Assembly: GCA_043818335.1 (NCBI GenBank)
Contig: JBDRFV010000004.1
Location: 1 to 36,068, forward strand
Direction of reading: 5' to 3'
Source: Patescibacteria group bacterium
Lineage (GTDB): Bacteria > Patescibacteriota > Minisyncoccia > Phycocordibacterales > UBA9973
DNA length: 36,068 bases
The position numbers and the translations under genes were made by a program. The notes under the pieces were generated by a model. That model worked only from the letters and a program-made list of their open reading frames with translations, made no database searches and was not told where the DNA came from. Below are positions 9,719-17,956 of the stretch, in pieces; the first letter of the stretch is position 1; every line of letters starts with the position of its first letter.

Positions 9719-10159
9719 ATGATTATAACAAGCTCTCAGTTTAGAAATACAGAAGAAATTCCAAGCAAGTTTACTTGCGACGGTTTAGGAATTAATCCAG
9801 ATTTATTAATTAAAGATGTGCCAGAAAATGCAAAAAGTTTAGCTTTGATTGTTGACGATCCAGACGCGCCAAGTGGCACTTGGGATCATTGGGTTATTTG
9901 GAATATTGATCCAAAAATATCTGGCATTCCAGAAAATAGCACACCTAACGGCGCTGTTGTTGGGAAAAATAGCTGGCCGACAAATAAATTTGGCGCGCCA
10001 TGTCCGCCAAATGGTTCCCATAGATATTTTTTTAAACTTTTTGCTTTAGATATTATTTTAAATATTCCAGAAAGTTCTGGCTCTGCTAAATTAGTAAGTG
10101 CGATGCAAGATCACATTCTCGCACAGACTGAATTAATGGGGAATTATAGTAGGAAATAA
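9719..10159 (+). CDS. YbhB/YbcL family PEBP (Raf kinase inhibitor-like) protein
   Basis: Motifs DDPDAPSGTWDHWVIWNI and GSHRYFFKLFALD. Confidence 0.9.
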   Translation: MIITSSQFRNTEEIPSKFTCDGLGINPDLLIKDVPENAKSLALIVDDPDAPSGTWDHWVIWNIDPKISGIPENSTPNGAVVGKNSWPTNKFGAPCPPNGSHRYFFKLFALDIILNIPESSGSAKLVSAMQDHILAQTELMGNYSRK

Positions 10160-10162
10160 AAA

Positions 10163-10198
10163 AACCTCACCAGACGACCCGCGTCATCGATGAGGTTT
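10163..10198. terminator. GC-rich nested hairpin between convergent genes
   Basis: Outer stem aacctca/tgaggtt encloses inner stem gacg-acccg-cgtc. An A-run lies before it and TTT after it, so it could act in both directions. Confidence 0.6.
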
Positions 10199-10350
10199 GA
10201 AACTTGCAGATAGTTACCTAAGTTTGCCTACCCAAAACTACTTCGGCACTTTTCTACATTTTATGGAGATTCATTTTCTATAATAAATTAAAAGTTTGAA
10301 AAAGTTAAATTTATTATATTAGGCTGATTTAGCATATAAAAAAATAATTT

Positions 10351-10947
10351 TTACATCCAGTCTTTTTCTATACCTAAATAAATAACATAACAAGTGTCAA
10401 AATTTTCTAAATTACCATTGCCGTGTTTATTTAGGGTTTCTTGGAGGATCTCTAGTCTCTTTTGCTCAATTTTTTCATCGTTATTAAATTTAGATAAAGA
10501 ATAAGGATAAAAAGAACTTAATGTTGTACATTCTCGCCACCATTTTTTTGAAAGAATCCAGTAGCGTAAAATATTACTTGAGCTGTCTCTTATTTTATGA
10601 CCAATAACCTGAAGAGATGCTGGATCAACTTCATATTTATGAAGGTCCCAGTAAGTACTTTTTGCTTTCAGCATTTCTTTTAATTCAGGATAGTCATTTT
10701 CCTGAACAGTTCCATTTGTATCATACCAAAAAACATATTCCCAAGGATTATTTGTAGTATATTGAAATGAAAGAGGAATCCAACTTTCTTTTGGGTCATT
10801 AAAGTTAGTGATGAAATCGCTCAAATAAGATTTTTCGCGATAAACTGCTTTGAAGACATGTTTTTCTGAGTTTTTTTCACAACTCACTGCGGTAAATAGT
10901 AATATTATTACTATTATTACCTCAAAAAAAATTACCAACTTTTTCAT
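10351..10947 (-). CDS. Hypothetical lipoprotein (198 aa)
   Basis: Signal peptide ending in the lipobox-like LFTAVSC. The rest is Trp/Tyr-rich with no recognised domain. Confidence 0.6.
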   Translation of the reverse strand: MKKLVIFFEVIIVIILLFTAVSCEKNSEKHVFKAVYREKSYLSDFITNFNDPKESWIPLSFQYTTNNPWEYVFWYDTNGTVQENDYPELKEMLKAKSTYWDLHKYEVDPASLQVIGHKIRDSSSNILRYWILSKKWWRECTTLSSFYPYSLSKFNNDEKIEQKRLEILQETLNKHGNGNLENFDTCYVIYLGIEKDWM

Positions 10948-11041
10948 AATTGTGTTTTTTAATTTATATTTAGTTATTTATTTACTACTCTACACATTAT
11001 GACGTAAATCTTGTCAATATATTACATTTGAATTTATAAAC

Positions 11042-11071
11042 AAAAAAGCCATTCTGGTTGCCCAGAACAGC
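11042..11071 (-). terminator. Rho-independent terminator for the minus-strand receiver operon
   Basis: On the minus strand: gctgttctgg-gcaa-ccagaatggc followed by TTTTTT. Confidence 0.55.
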
Positions 11072-11077
11072 TTTGTC

Positions 11078-11254
11078 TTATCTTAAAAAGAAAATAAAAA
11101 AAGTTTCTTCCTTATACTTCTTTTTATTGAAGCAGAAGAGGAAAAATCTTTTGACTTCCCAAAAAATCAATATTGAGAGACAACTAACTAAAACCCAGAT
11201 GCCTCCTCCTATGGAATAAAACCATTCCAAAATACTTCTTATTTCTTTTGTCAT
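11078..11254 (-). CDS. Possible 58-aa membrane peptide (MTKEIRSILEWFYSIGGGIWVLVSCLSILIFWEVKRFF...)
   Basis: Hand-translated ORF below the track cutoff. It starts 20 nt after the stop of the 11275..11691 gene and ends just before the terminator hairpin. One hydrophobic helix. Confidence 0.35.
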   Translation of the reverse strand: MTKEIRSILEWFYSIGGGIWVLVSCLSILIFWEVKRFFLFCFNKKKYKEETFFIFFLR

Positions 11255-11274
11255 AATAAAGTTGGTTTTTGGTT

Positions 11275-11691
11275 TTAAGAATTATTTTTTAGCAAAAATT
11301 TGCTTTTGATTGTTTCTAAATTAGTTTCAGAAATAATCTGGTCAAGATTTTTGGTGTGTTTTAAAAAACACATTTCCGGATCGTCCATGTTTCTTTTTGC
11401 TTTCATAAGAAAGAAACCATTTGTCGAAAGCAAGAAAACCGTTGCGTCTTGGTTAAATTTCTTGATTTTCCAAATTAACAACATGGCTGTTTTGCCATGT
11501 TCAGAGCATCCATCCAGATAGATAAGATCAAAAGCTTCGTACTCGATCCTTCTTCTTGCGTCTGCAAAAACATAGGCTTGAATGAATTCACACTCAATTT
11601 CTATTTCAAGAAAAATTTTTTCTAATAACATCTTAACTGCAGAAGATATTTTATAATTCTCTTCTACAAGCAATACTTTGATTTTTCTCAT
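11275..11691 (-). CDS. Stand-alone receiver (CheY-like REC) domain protein, paralog 1
   Basis: KIKVLLVEEN, FDLIYLDG (acceptor Asp), VFLLSTN (Ser/Thr) and CFLKH (Lys). No output domain. Confidence 0.7.
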   Translation of the reverse strand: MRKIKVLLVEENYKISSAVKMLLEKIFLEIEIECEFIQAYVFADARRRIEYEAFDLIYLDGCSEHGKTAMLLIWKIKKFNQDATVFLLSTNGFFLMKAKRNMDDPEMCFLKHTKNLDQIISETNLETIKSKFLLKNNS

Positions 11692-11702
11692 GACTGTGTT
11701 TT

Positions 11703-12125
11703 TTAGGAATTCTTTTCTACAATTTTTAATCTGATTGTCTCCAGATCTTTAGCAGAGATAATCTGTTCAAAATTTTCTACATGCTTCATGAAACACATTG
11801 TAGGATCAAAACAGTTCGTTGCTTTTATTAGAAAGTTAGGGTTGGCAGAGAGTATAAATACAGTTGCCCCTAGATTGTTTTTGTATATTTTCGGAATTAG
11901 AGGTAACGTTGACATGTTGTTCTTGAGAGTGCCGTCCAAATAAATCAAATCAAATTCCTCATGCTCGATTCGGATTCGGGTATCTGATACAGACGAAGTT
12001 CTCGTGAACTCACAGACGATTCTCATTTCTTGGTTGGGATTATAGAAAGTTTTTCCCAACAATTTTTCAATTAGATAAGCCATTTTTGGATTATCTTCTG
12101 TAATTAGTACTTTAATTTTTTCCAT
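11703..12125 (-). CDS. Stand-alone receiver (CheY-like REC) domain protein, paralog 2
   Basis: KIKVLITEDN, FDLIYLDG, VFILSAN and CFMKH. Collinear with paralog 1. Confidence 0.7.
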   Translation of the reverse strand: MEKIKVLITEDNPKMAYLIEKLLGKTFYNPNQEMRIVCEFTRTSSVSDTRIRIEHEEFDLIYLDGTLKNNMSTLPLIPKIYKNNLGATVFILSANPNFLIKATNCFDPTMCFMKHVENFEQIISAKDLETIRLKIVEKNS

Positions 12126-12222
12126 ATTAATATATTTTTTATGTGATTTTTAAAAGAATGATTTAAACTTACAATAACATCTTAAAATAAATTAGTCAAT
12201 TTAGTTATTTTAAAAAATTTTA

Positions 12223-12231
12223 TGTTATAAT
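12223..12231 (+). promoter_or_regulatory. Extended -10 box TGTTATAAT
   Basis: Exact TGnTATAAT 43 nt upstream of the ATG at 12275. Confidence 0.45.
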
Positions 12232-12274
12232 AAAAACAAATAGTAAATCAAATATTAATTTAAATATTTCAGCC

Positions 12275-12487
12275 ATGGTCGGAACAGGAGAAATGGAAGA
12301 ATTAAAATACTTGCGTGAAAAACACGCAGATGTTTTGAATGATAAAACTCTAAACGAAGTAGCTTCGCAAAGAGATTTAAATTATTCTGAAGATGAAATT
12401 GACGAAAAGGAGTTCGTTAGGAAATCTGAAGAAAGTCTCCCTGTGTTGCTATCAAAATTAGAAGAAAATAGCGACGATTCGCAATAA
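12275..12487 (+). CDS. Hypothetical small acidic protein (70 aa)
   Basis: ORF with its own promoter-like box and a clean terminator directly after the stop. Confidence 0.5.
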   Translation: MVGTGEMEELKYLREKHADVLNDKTLNEVASQRDLNYSEDEIDEKEFVRKSEESLPVLLSKLEENSDDSQ

Positions 12488-12510
12488 AGCTGTAGCAATA
12501 CAGCTTTTTA
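12488..12510 (+). terminator. Rho-independent terminator
   Basis: agctgta-gcaa-tacagct followed by TTTTT, starting 1 nt after the stop codon. Confidence 0.8.
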
Positions 12511-12525
12511 TTTTTACTTATATTT

Positions 12526-12534
12526 TGTTATACT
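12526..12534 (+). promoter_or_regulatory. Extended -10 box TGTTATACT, 6 nt before the rsmI ATG
   Basis: Hexamer TATACT at 12529-12534, spacer agctga, ATG at 12541. Confidence 0.5.
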
Positions 12535-12540
12535 AGCTGA

Positions 12541-13242
12541 ATGAGTAAGTTTTATATTGTTGCAACACCAATAGGGAATTTAGAAGATATGACTTTTCGC
12601 GCTGTCAGAATTTTGAAAGAAGTTGATTTAATTTTGTGTGAAGATACAAGAACAACGCAAAATCTTTTAAATAAATATGAAATCAAAAAGCCAACCATGA
12701 GCTATCACGCGCAGAGCAAATTAGCAAAGACAGATAAGATTTTTGAATTATTAAAAGAAGGAAAAGATTTAGCTCTTGTTTCTGATGCTGGCACGCCGAC
12801 TATTTCTGATCCGGGTGCAATGCTTATTGCGAAAATAAAAGATAGCCCCTCCCTAAACCCTCCCCAAAAGGAAGGGATTCAAGTTATTCCAATTCCTGGC
12901 GCATCTGCTGTAATTACTGCATTGTCTGGCGCTGGATTTCCGACTCACGAATTTACTTTTCTTGGATTTTTGCCACATAAAAAAGGCAGAGAGACTTTAT
13001 TTAAAGAAATATCTAGCTCAGACAGAACTGTAGTTTTTTATGAGTCACCACATAGAATTTTGAAGACTTTAGAATCTTTGAATAAATTCTGTCCAGAAAA
13101 AAAAGTTTGCATTGCTAGAGAGCTAACAAAAATTTATGAAGAATTCAAAACGGGCTCGGCAGAAGAGCTTTTGGATTATTTAACAAAAAATTCTGAAAAA
13201 GTAAGAGGGGAATTTACTGTTTTAGTTTCAGCAAAAAAATAA
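12541..13242 (+). CDS. rsmI: 16S rRNA (cytidine1402-2'-O)-methyltransferase
   Basis: N-terminus YIVATPIGNLEDMTFRAVRILKEVDLILCEDTR, plus SDAGTPTISDPG and FYESPHR. Confidence 0.92.
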   Translation: MSKFYIVATPIGNLEDMTFRAVRILKEVDLILCEDTRTTQNLLNKYEIKKPTMSYHAQSKLAKTDKIFELLKEGKDLALVSDAGTPTISDPGAMLIAKIKDSPSLNPPQKEGIQVIPIPGASAVITALSGAGFPTHEFTFLGFLPHKKGRETLFKEISSSDRTVVFYESPHRILKTLESLNKFCPEKKVCIARELTKIYEEFKTGSAEELLDYLTKNSEKVRGEFTVLVSAKK

Positions 13243-13267
13243 AAAATTATAAAAATAATAATAAAAA

Positions 13268-13295
13268 AGATCGGTACCTTTCGAGATACCGATCT
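13268..13295. terminator. Bidirectional terminator hairpin between convergent genes
   Basis: 9-bp stem agatcggta/taccgatct, with an A-run upstream and T residues downstream. Confidence 0.7.
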
Positions 13296-13309
13296 TGTGT
13301 AACTTTTTC

Positions 13310-14059
13310 CTATTTCTTTGCTTCTGCCCCCTTTCCGTTGGGGACTTTACGGGCCTTTGCCTTTTCAGCGGCCGGCTTTTTGGCCACTTTTTTCTTGGCG
13401 ACTACTTTCTTAGCAGGTACTTTTTTGGCAGCAGCGGCTTTTTTCTTCCCAGCTGGCAGGACGACCGGCACTTCCGACTTAATTTCCTTTTCGTCAGTAG
13501 CTGGTGTTTTCACCACTTCGGCTTCGGCAACGAGGATCACTTCGGGCTCAACTTTTTCCTTTACAGGCTCTTTGAACCATTTCTTGTCGGCCAGAAAGTT
13601 TTTGAGAGCATTTCTCTCGCTGAGTGTTATTTCGAAATTCTCTTCAGCGAGATCTGCCATTTTGAGGCAGTTTTCTTTGTTGATGATCACAAGTTTCTTT
13701 CCGTTTACCGGAATTGTCTTAAGCTCCATTATTTCTACAGGAGATAATTTCCTGACTATGGGGCGAAGGACATTAACGATCATAATGACGCTGTAGAAAT
13801 TCTGGTGAAAGGTTTTTTCTGCATAGTCTTTTACGACCAGCAGAATATCCATTTCCAGAATATCGTTGATCACGTTGCCCTGAATGCGGTTTAGGACGAC
13901 CATAAACAAGCTCCCCGCATTTTTGATTAAATTCATCATGTTGTTTTTTTCAGCCTGCAAGATTTCCCTGCCTGCTTTTTTCATACGGCTGATACGGTCA
14001 GCTCCGTTCGTGATAACATCGTAATGTTCACGAATTTTCTGATTCTGATTGTTTGCCAT
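13310..14059 (-). CDS. Hypothetical protein with a Lys/Ala-rich histone H1-like C-terminal tail
   Basis: 249 aa. The last ~50 aa read PAGKKKAAAAKKVPAKKVVAKKKVAKKPAAEKAKARK. The N-terminal ~170 aa are not low-complexity. The gene is clearly G+C-richer than its neighbours. Confidence 0.7.
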   Translation of the reverse strand: MANNQNQKIREHYDVITNGADRISRMKKAGREILQAEKNNMMNLIKNAGSLFMVVLNRIQGNVINDILEMDILLVVKDYAEKTFHQNFYSVIMIVNVLRPIVRKLSPVEIMELKTIPVNGKKLVIINKENCLKMADLAEENFEITLSERNALKNFLADKKWFKEPVKEKVEPEVILVAEAEVVKTPATDEKEIKSEVPVVLPAGKKKAAAAKKVPAKKVVAKKKVAKKPAAEKAKARKVPNGKGAEAKK

Positions 14060-14117
14060 GATTTCTGAATTTTAGGTTAGTATTATGAAATTTATTTTAT
14101 TTACAATTATCTACAAT

Positions 14118-14888
14118 TTACTCGAAGCTTATTGTATCATGTAAATACGCTCCTGTCAAGTTTGGGCTTAGAATTATATAAGTCTTTTGATCTAAGGGTT
14201 TTCTATTTCTTTGCGTAAATATAGAACTTATAGCAGATATATCAATATATTGTTCCGTTGCGGGATTTACTTTTGCAAAAACAAAAAGTCCTCGAGTTTT
14301 TTTAGACTCAAATGGCTTGCTGGCTGGTGGAACAATAGAAGTATTTGCAAGAGCAATTGGTTTTCCTTCTTTACTATATAGAACTGCATTGGCGTGAACT
14401 TCAGATATGTCAAAACTATTTGGATTTGATATTTTGAATCTTACTTCGTAAGATTTGTCTTGTTTAGCAACTTCTGTATTTACTATTTTAATATTTGGTT
14501 CTTTAAAATCTTTTGCCAAAATCCAATTAGTATCGCCAATTGCAATTTCTGCTCGGGCGAGCATATTTTGTTTACTATCAATTCTAGTTTTTACGATAGT
14601 TTCTGTTTCATTAGCATAAATAAAGAATGATTCTTGATTTGATATTACTACATTATCTTTATCATCATAAAAATTTATTTTGTAAGTAAAATTATCCGAC
14701 GCCCAGTTTCTGTTGGGATTTTTTATCTCAAAAACTACTGACACATAATGAGTATCTTCCCATAAAATAGTTGGTACAGTTGCTGTAAGTGGTTTTTGTG
14801 TTTTGGAAGCTGAATTAAAAACTAAAAAATAAAGGGCTGTTGCAACTGCAAGTGTTATTAAAATTGAAATTATTATTTTTTTTGACAT
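14118..14888 (-). CDS. Hypothetical membrane-anchored protein with two similar beta-rich repeats
   Basis: N-terminal TM helix, then two related segments (VVFEIKNPNRNWAS... and VRFKISNPNSFDIS...). Confidence 0.6.
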   Translation of the reverse strand: MSKKIIISILITLAVATALYFLVFNSASKTQKPLTATVPTILWEDTHYVSVVFEIKNPNRNWASDNFTYKINFYDDKDNVVISNQESFFIYANETETIVKTRIDSKQNMLARAEIAIGDTNWILAKDFKEPNIKIVNTEVAKQDKSYEVRFKISNPNSFDISEVHANAVLYSKEGKPIALANTSIVPPASKPFESKKTRGLFVFAKVNPATEQYIDISAISSIFTQRNRKPLDQKTYIILSPNLTGAYLHDTISFE

Positions 14889-15001
14889 AAGGATTATAAG
14901 TTGTTTTTATAAGTTTATAATGTTTTAATAATATCATGCATGGGGAAGATAGGAAATGGGGGAATTTATGGTGTTGGTGGGTGGAAAATAAAGGTTAAAA
15001 A

Positions 15002-15010
15002 TGTTATAAT
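15002..15010 (+). promoter_or_regulatory. Extended -10 box TGTTATAAT upstream of hsdM
   Basis: Exact TGnTATAAT 14 nt before the ATG at 15025. TGGAAA lies 17 nt upstream as a weak -35. Confidence 0.5.
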
Positions 15011-15024
15011 CACTGCATTAATTT

Positions 15025-16476
15025 ATGTTTGAACAATCATTTAAAAATATAGATAATATTCTACACACAGATTCTGGTTGTGGCACTGAGCTTGATTATA
15101 TTGAACAGACTTCTTGGATTTTATTTTTAAAATACCTTGATGATTTAGAGGAAACTAAAAAAACAGAATTTGCTCTTGCTGGTAAAAAATATAATTATAT
15201 TCTATCTCCTGAATATCGTTGGGATACTTGGGCTTGTCCAAAAACTAAAGATGATAAATTAGATCATAATAAAATATTAAGTGGTGATGATTTAAATAAT
15301 TTTGTAAATAATAAACTTTTTTCATATCTTAAAAAATTTAGATCCGAAGAACCAAATTCAATTGAATATAAAATTGGTGAAATTTTTCATGAGCTAAAAA
15401 ATAAAATTTCCAGTGGTTATAAATTACGAGAGATTTTAAATATTGTTGATGGTATGCATTTTCGTTTACATGAAGAAAAACATGAACTTTCTCACTTATA
15501 TGAAGCTAAAATAAAAAATATGGGAAACGCTGGTAGAAATGGTGGGGAGTACTATACACCACGACCTCTTATTAAAACTATTGTTAAAGTAGTCGGTCCT
15601 AAAATCGGAGATACTATCTATGACGGAGCTTGTGGTTCTGCTGGGTTTCTAGTTGAAGCTTATAACTATCTTACAGAGAATCAATCTAAGCTTTCGCCAA
15701 GTCAGATGCAGACACTTCAAAATAAAACTTTTTATGGAAAAGAGATAAAATCTCTAGCATATATTATTGGTATTATGAATATGATATTGCATGGTATTGA
15801 AGCACCAAATATAAGACACATGGATACTCTCTCAGAAAATATTAATGATATTCAAGAGAAAGATAGATATAATATAATTTTAGCTAATCCTCCATTTGGA
15901 GCAAAGCTTGGACGCGAAATTCAGCAAAATTTTCCAATCAAATCAACTTCGTCTGATAATCTATTTTTACAACATTTTATTAAAATCCTAAAAGCTGGAG
16001 GTAGAGCAGGAATAATCATTAAAAACACTTTTCTTTCTAACACTGATAATGCGTCTGTTTCTTTAAGGAAGCTTTTATTAGAGAATTGTAATCTTCATAC
16101 AGTATTAGATTTGCCCGGTGGAGCGTTTCAGGGGGCAGGAGTTAAAACTGTAGTTCTATTCTTTGAGAAGGGGGCTCCAACTAAAAAAGTTTGGTTCTAT
16201 CAACTTAATCTTGAGCGTAATCTTGGTAAAGGTAATCCTTTAAATGAAAAAGATTTAGCTGAATTCGTTAAACTTCAAAAGACTAAAGCCGATAGCGATA
16301 ACTCTTGGAGTATAGATATTAAAGACGTAAATAAAGAAACTTTTGATTTGTCTGTTAAGAATCCAAGTAAGGGAGGAGAAGTTGTCCTAAGAGAGCCTAA
16401 GGATATTTTAGAAGAGATGGATAAGTTGGATAAAGAAAGTGAAAAAATATTATTAACAATAAAGTCTAAAATATAA
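15025..16476 (+). CDS. hsdM: Type I restriction-modification system, DNA methyltransferase subunit M
   Basis: GEYYTPRPL, AdoMet motif DGACGSAGFL and catalytic NPPFG. HsdM-type N-terminus (EQTSWILFLKYLDD). Confidence 0.93.
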   Translation: MFEQSFKNIDNILHTDSGCGTELDYIEQTSWILFLKYLDDLEETKKTEFALAGKKYNYILSPEYRWDTWACPKTKDDKLDHNKILSGDDLNNFVNNKLFSYLKKFRSEEPNSIEYKIGEIFHELKNKISSGYKLREILNIVDGMHFRLHEEKHELSHLYEAKIKNMGNAGRNGGEYYTPRPLIKTIVKVVGPKIGDTIYDGACGSAGFLVEAYNYLTENQSKLSPSQMQTLQNKTFYGKEIKSLAYIIGIMNMILHGIEAPNIRHMDTLSENINDIQEKDRYNIILANPPFGAKLGREIQQNFPIKSTSSDNLFLQHFIKILKAGGRAGIIIKNTFLSNTDNASVSLRKLLLENCNLHTVLDLPGGAFQGAGVKTVVLFFEKGAPTKKVWFYQLNLERNLGKGNPLNEKDLAEFVKLQKTKADSDNSWSIDIKDVNKETFDLSVKNPSKGGEVVLREPKDILEEMDKLDKESEKILLTIKSKI

Positions 16477-16481
16477 TTTTT

Positions 16482-16964
16482 ATGGCTGATTTAAATTTAA
16501 TTAAGGTGGAGAATAAGTTTGAAAATGGTTCTCTTGATTTTCTAAATCCAATAAATTGGTTTAGGAAAAAATACACAAAAGATAGTGTAAATATTTTATT
16601 CATTGATGACCTAGATATGCCAGTTGTGGAAAGTTTAAAGAAAGCCCACTTTAAAGTTAAAAAGGTTAGAGATGTTAAAGATGTGGATGATGCGGAAGTT
16701 AAAAATGCTCAGATAATTTTTGTCGATTTTGATGGAGTTGGAAAATTTGTGTCCCCCCAACATCAAGGTGCTGGTTTGGTTAAGGAATTAAAAATAAAAT
16801 ATAAATCTTCTAAATATGTTGTTTTTTATACAGCTCAACCTAATATACCTACAGACACAATAATGAGTTCCATGTTTAATATGGCAGATGCAAGAATGAG
16901 AAAAGATTCAGATGTAACAGATTTTACAGAACAAATACGTGAAGCCCTAAAAAAGTTAAAATGA
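16482..16964 (+). CDS. Receiver (REC)-like domain protein embedded between hsdM and hsdS
   Basis: 160 aa. ILFIDDLD (D42, D43), IIFVDFDG (D82/D84), VVFYTAQ (T117) and RMRKDS (K141) follow the order and spacing of CheY-like key residues. Assignment by eye only. Confidence 0.55.
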   Translation: MADLNLIKVENKFENGSLDFLNPINWFRKKYTKDSVNILFIDDLDMPVVESLKKAHFKVKKVRDVKDVDDAEVKNAQIIFVDFDGVGKFVSPQHQGAGLVKELKIKYKSSKYVVFYTAQPNIPTDTIMSSMFNMADARMRKDSDVTDFTEQIREALKKLK

Positions 16965-17956
16965 TTTTTTTTGAAGTAAAAGATAATAATGGAAAAATTA
17001 TTGCAGGTAATATGCAAGATTTTTCTGGAAGGAATAAGTTTGAAAACAATAAAAATTTTTCTGAAAATAAAAATGGAAAGGGGTTGAAGGGTATTCACGA
17101 AATTATAGAAAATGTTAGTCTGTGGGTAATCATTGAAGATGAGTATGATTTATTAAAAAGCTCAAAACTTCTTAAGAAAACTATTACTCTGTATAGAGTT
17201 ATTGCTCTTGGTGTATATAAACAATACAAAAAAGAGATTAACGCATATGCACATATATTAAACACAATTCAAGCACAAATTAGACAACAGTTAGATAACT
17301 TTGCTGATAATAAAGAGTTTTTCGGGGAAACATATACTGATTCAGTAGAAAAGATATCAAAAATTATAAATGATGATAAAGAATCTGCAGCTGATCTAAT
17401 CTGTTATATACAAAAGAGAATTATAGATATGAGGGCACATCTTCTTGGTGTTGAAATAATTAATTCAGGTGAAGAATATGAAATAAAACCAATGGTAGTT
17501 AGTTTGAAAAGAGCAATTTTAAATCAATGCACTCCATTTTTAGAAGAATTTGAAAAAAACATGATTAACATAAAATTCTTTTTTGGAGATGAATGTGAAA
17601 CTAAGGTTGATAAAAATATGTTTAGTCTCATTATGTATAATTTTTTTTCTAATGCAACAAAATATACTAAACCGAATAGTGAGATAAGGTTTAATTACTC
17701 AAATGATCTAAAAAGCCTTGATATTTCTATGATAAGTTTAAGAATGGAAAGGCACGAGCTTGCAGATTTATCCATGGATGGAGTGCGAGGGCAACATGCA
17801 AAAAATATACCAGGTAAAGGAATTGGTCTATTTGTTATACAAAAAGCTTTAGAATTGATGAAAAAAGACAAAATGTATATATCACCAAATTACGAAAAAG
17901 TTTTTTATGAGGATGATCTTACTTATAATGAGAATCATTTTAAATTTGTATTATGA
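16961..17956 (+). CDS. Cytoplasmic histidine-kinase-like (GHKL) protein embedded between hsdM and hsdS
   Basis: 331 aa with no TM helix. N-box MYNFFSNATKYT (N231), G2-like GKGIGLFVIQ, and a candidate H-box AYAHILNTIQ (H98). No clear DxGxG G1 box. ATGA overlaps at both ends. Confidence 0.6.
   Translation: MIFFEVKDNNGKIIAGNMQDFSGRNKFENNKNFSENKNGKGLKGIHEIIENVSLWVIIEDEYDLLKSSKLLKKTITLYRVIALGVYKQYKKEINAYAHILNTIQAQIRQQLDNFADNKEFFGETYTDSVEKISKIINDDKESAADLICYIQKRIIDMRAHLLGVEIINSGEEYEIKPMVVSLKRAILNQCTPFLEEFEKNMINIKFFFGDECETKVDKNMFSLIMYNFFSNATKYTKPNSEIRFNYSNDLKSLDISMISLRMERHELADLSMDGVRGQHAKNIPGKGIGLFVIQKALELMKKDKMYISPNYEKVFYEDDLTYNENHFKFVL

Noticed and set aside
10199-10350. Possible small RNA in the 150-nt ORF-free gap after the PEBP terminator
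   Set aside because: I could find only weak, short stems (for example tgcc..ggca), no clear promoter/terminator pair, and no similarity to any RNA family I recognise.
13295-13796. Two plus-strand ORFs (150 and 152 aa) opposite the H1-like gene
   Set aside because: Their translations are Phe/Leu/Gly/Ser low-complexity, the mirror image of a Lys/Ala/Glu-rich gene. The minus-strand ORF is longer, has a non-repetitive N-terminal domain and sits between a terminator and a promoter region. The 13295 ORF would also start inside the bidirectional terminator.
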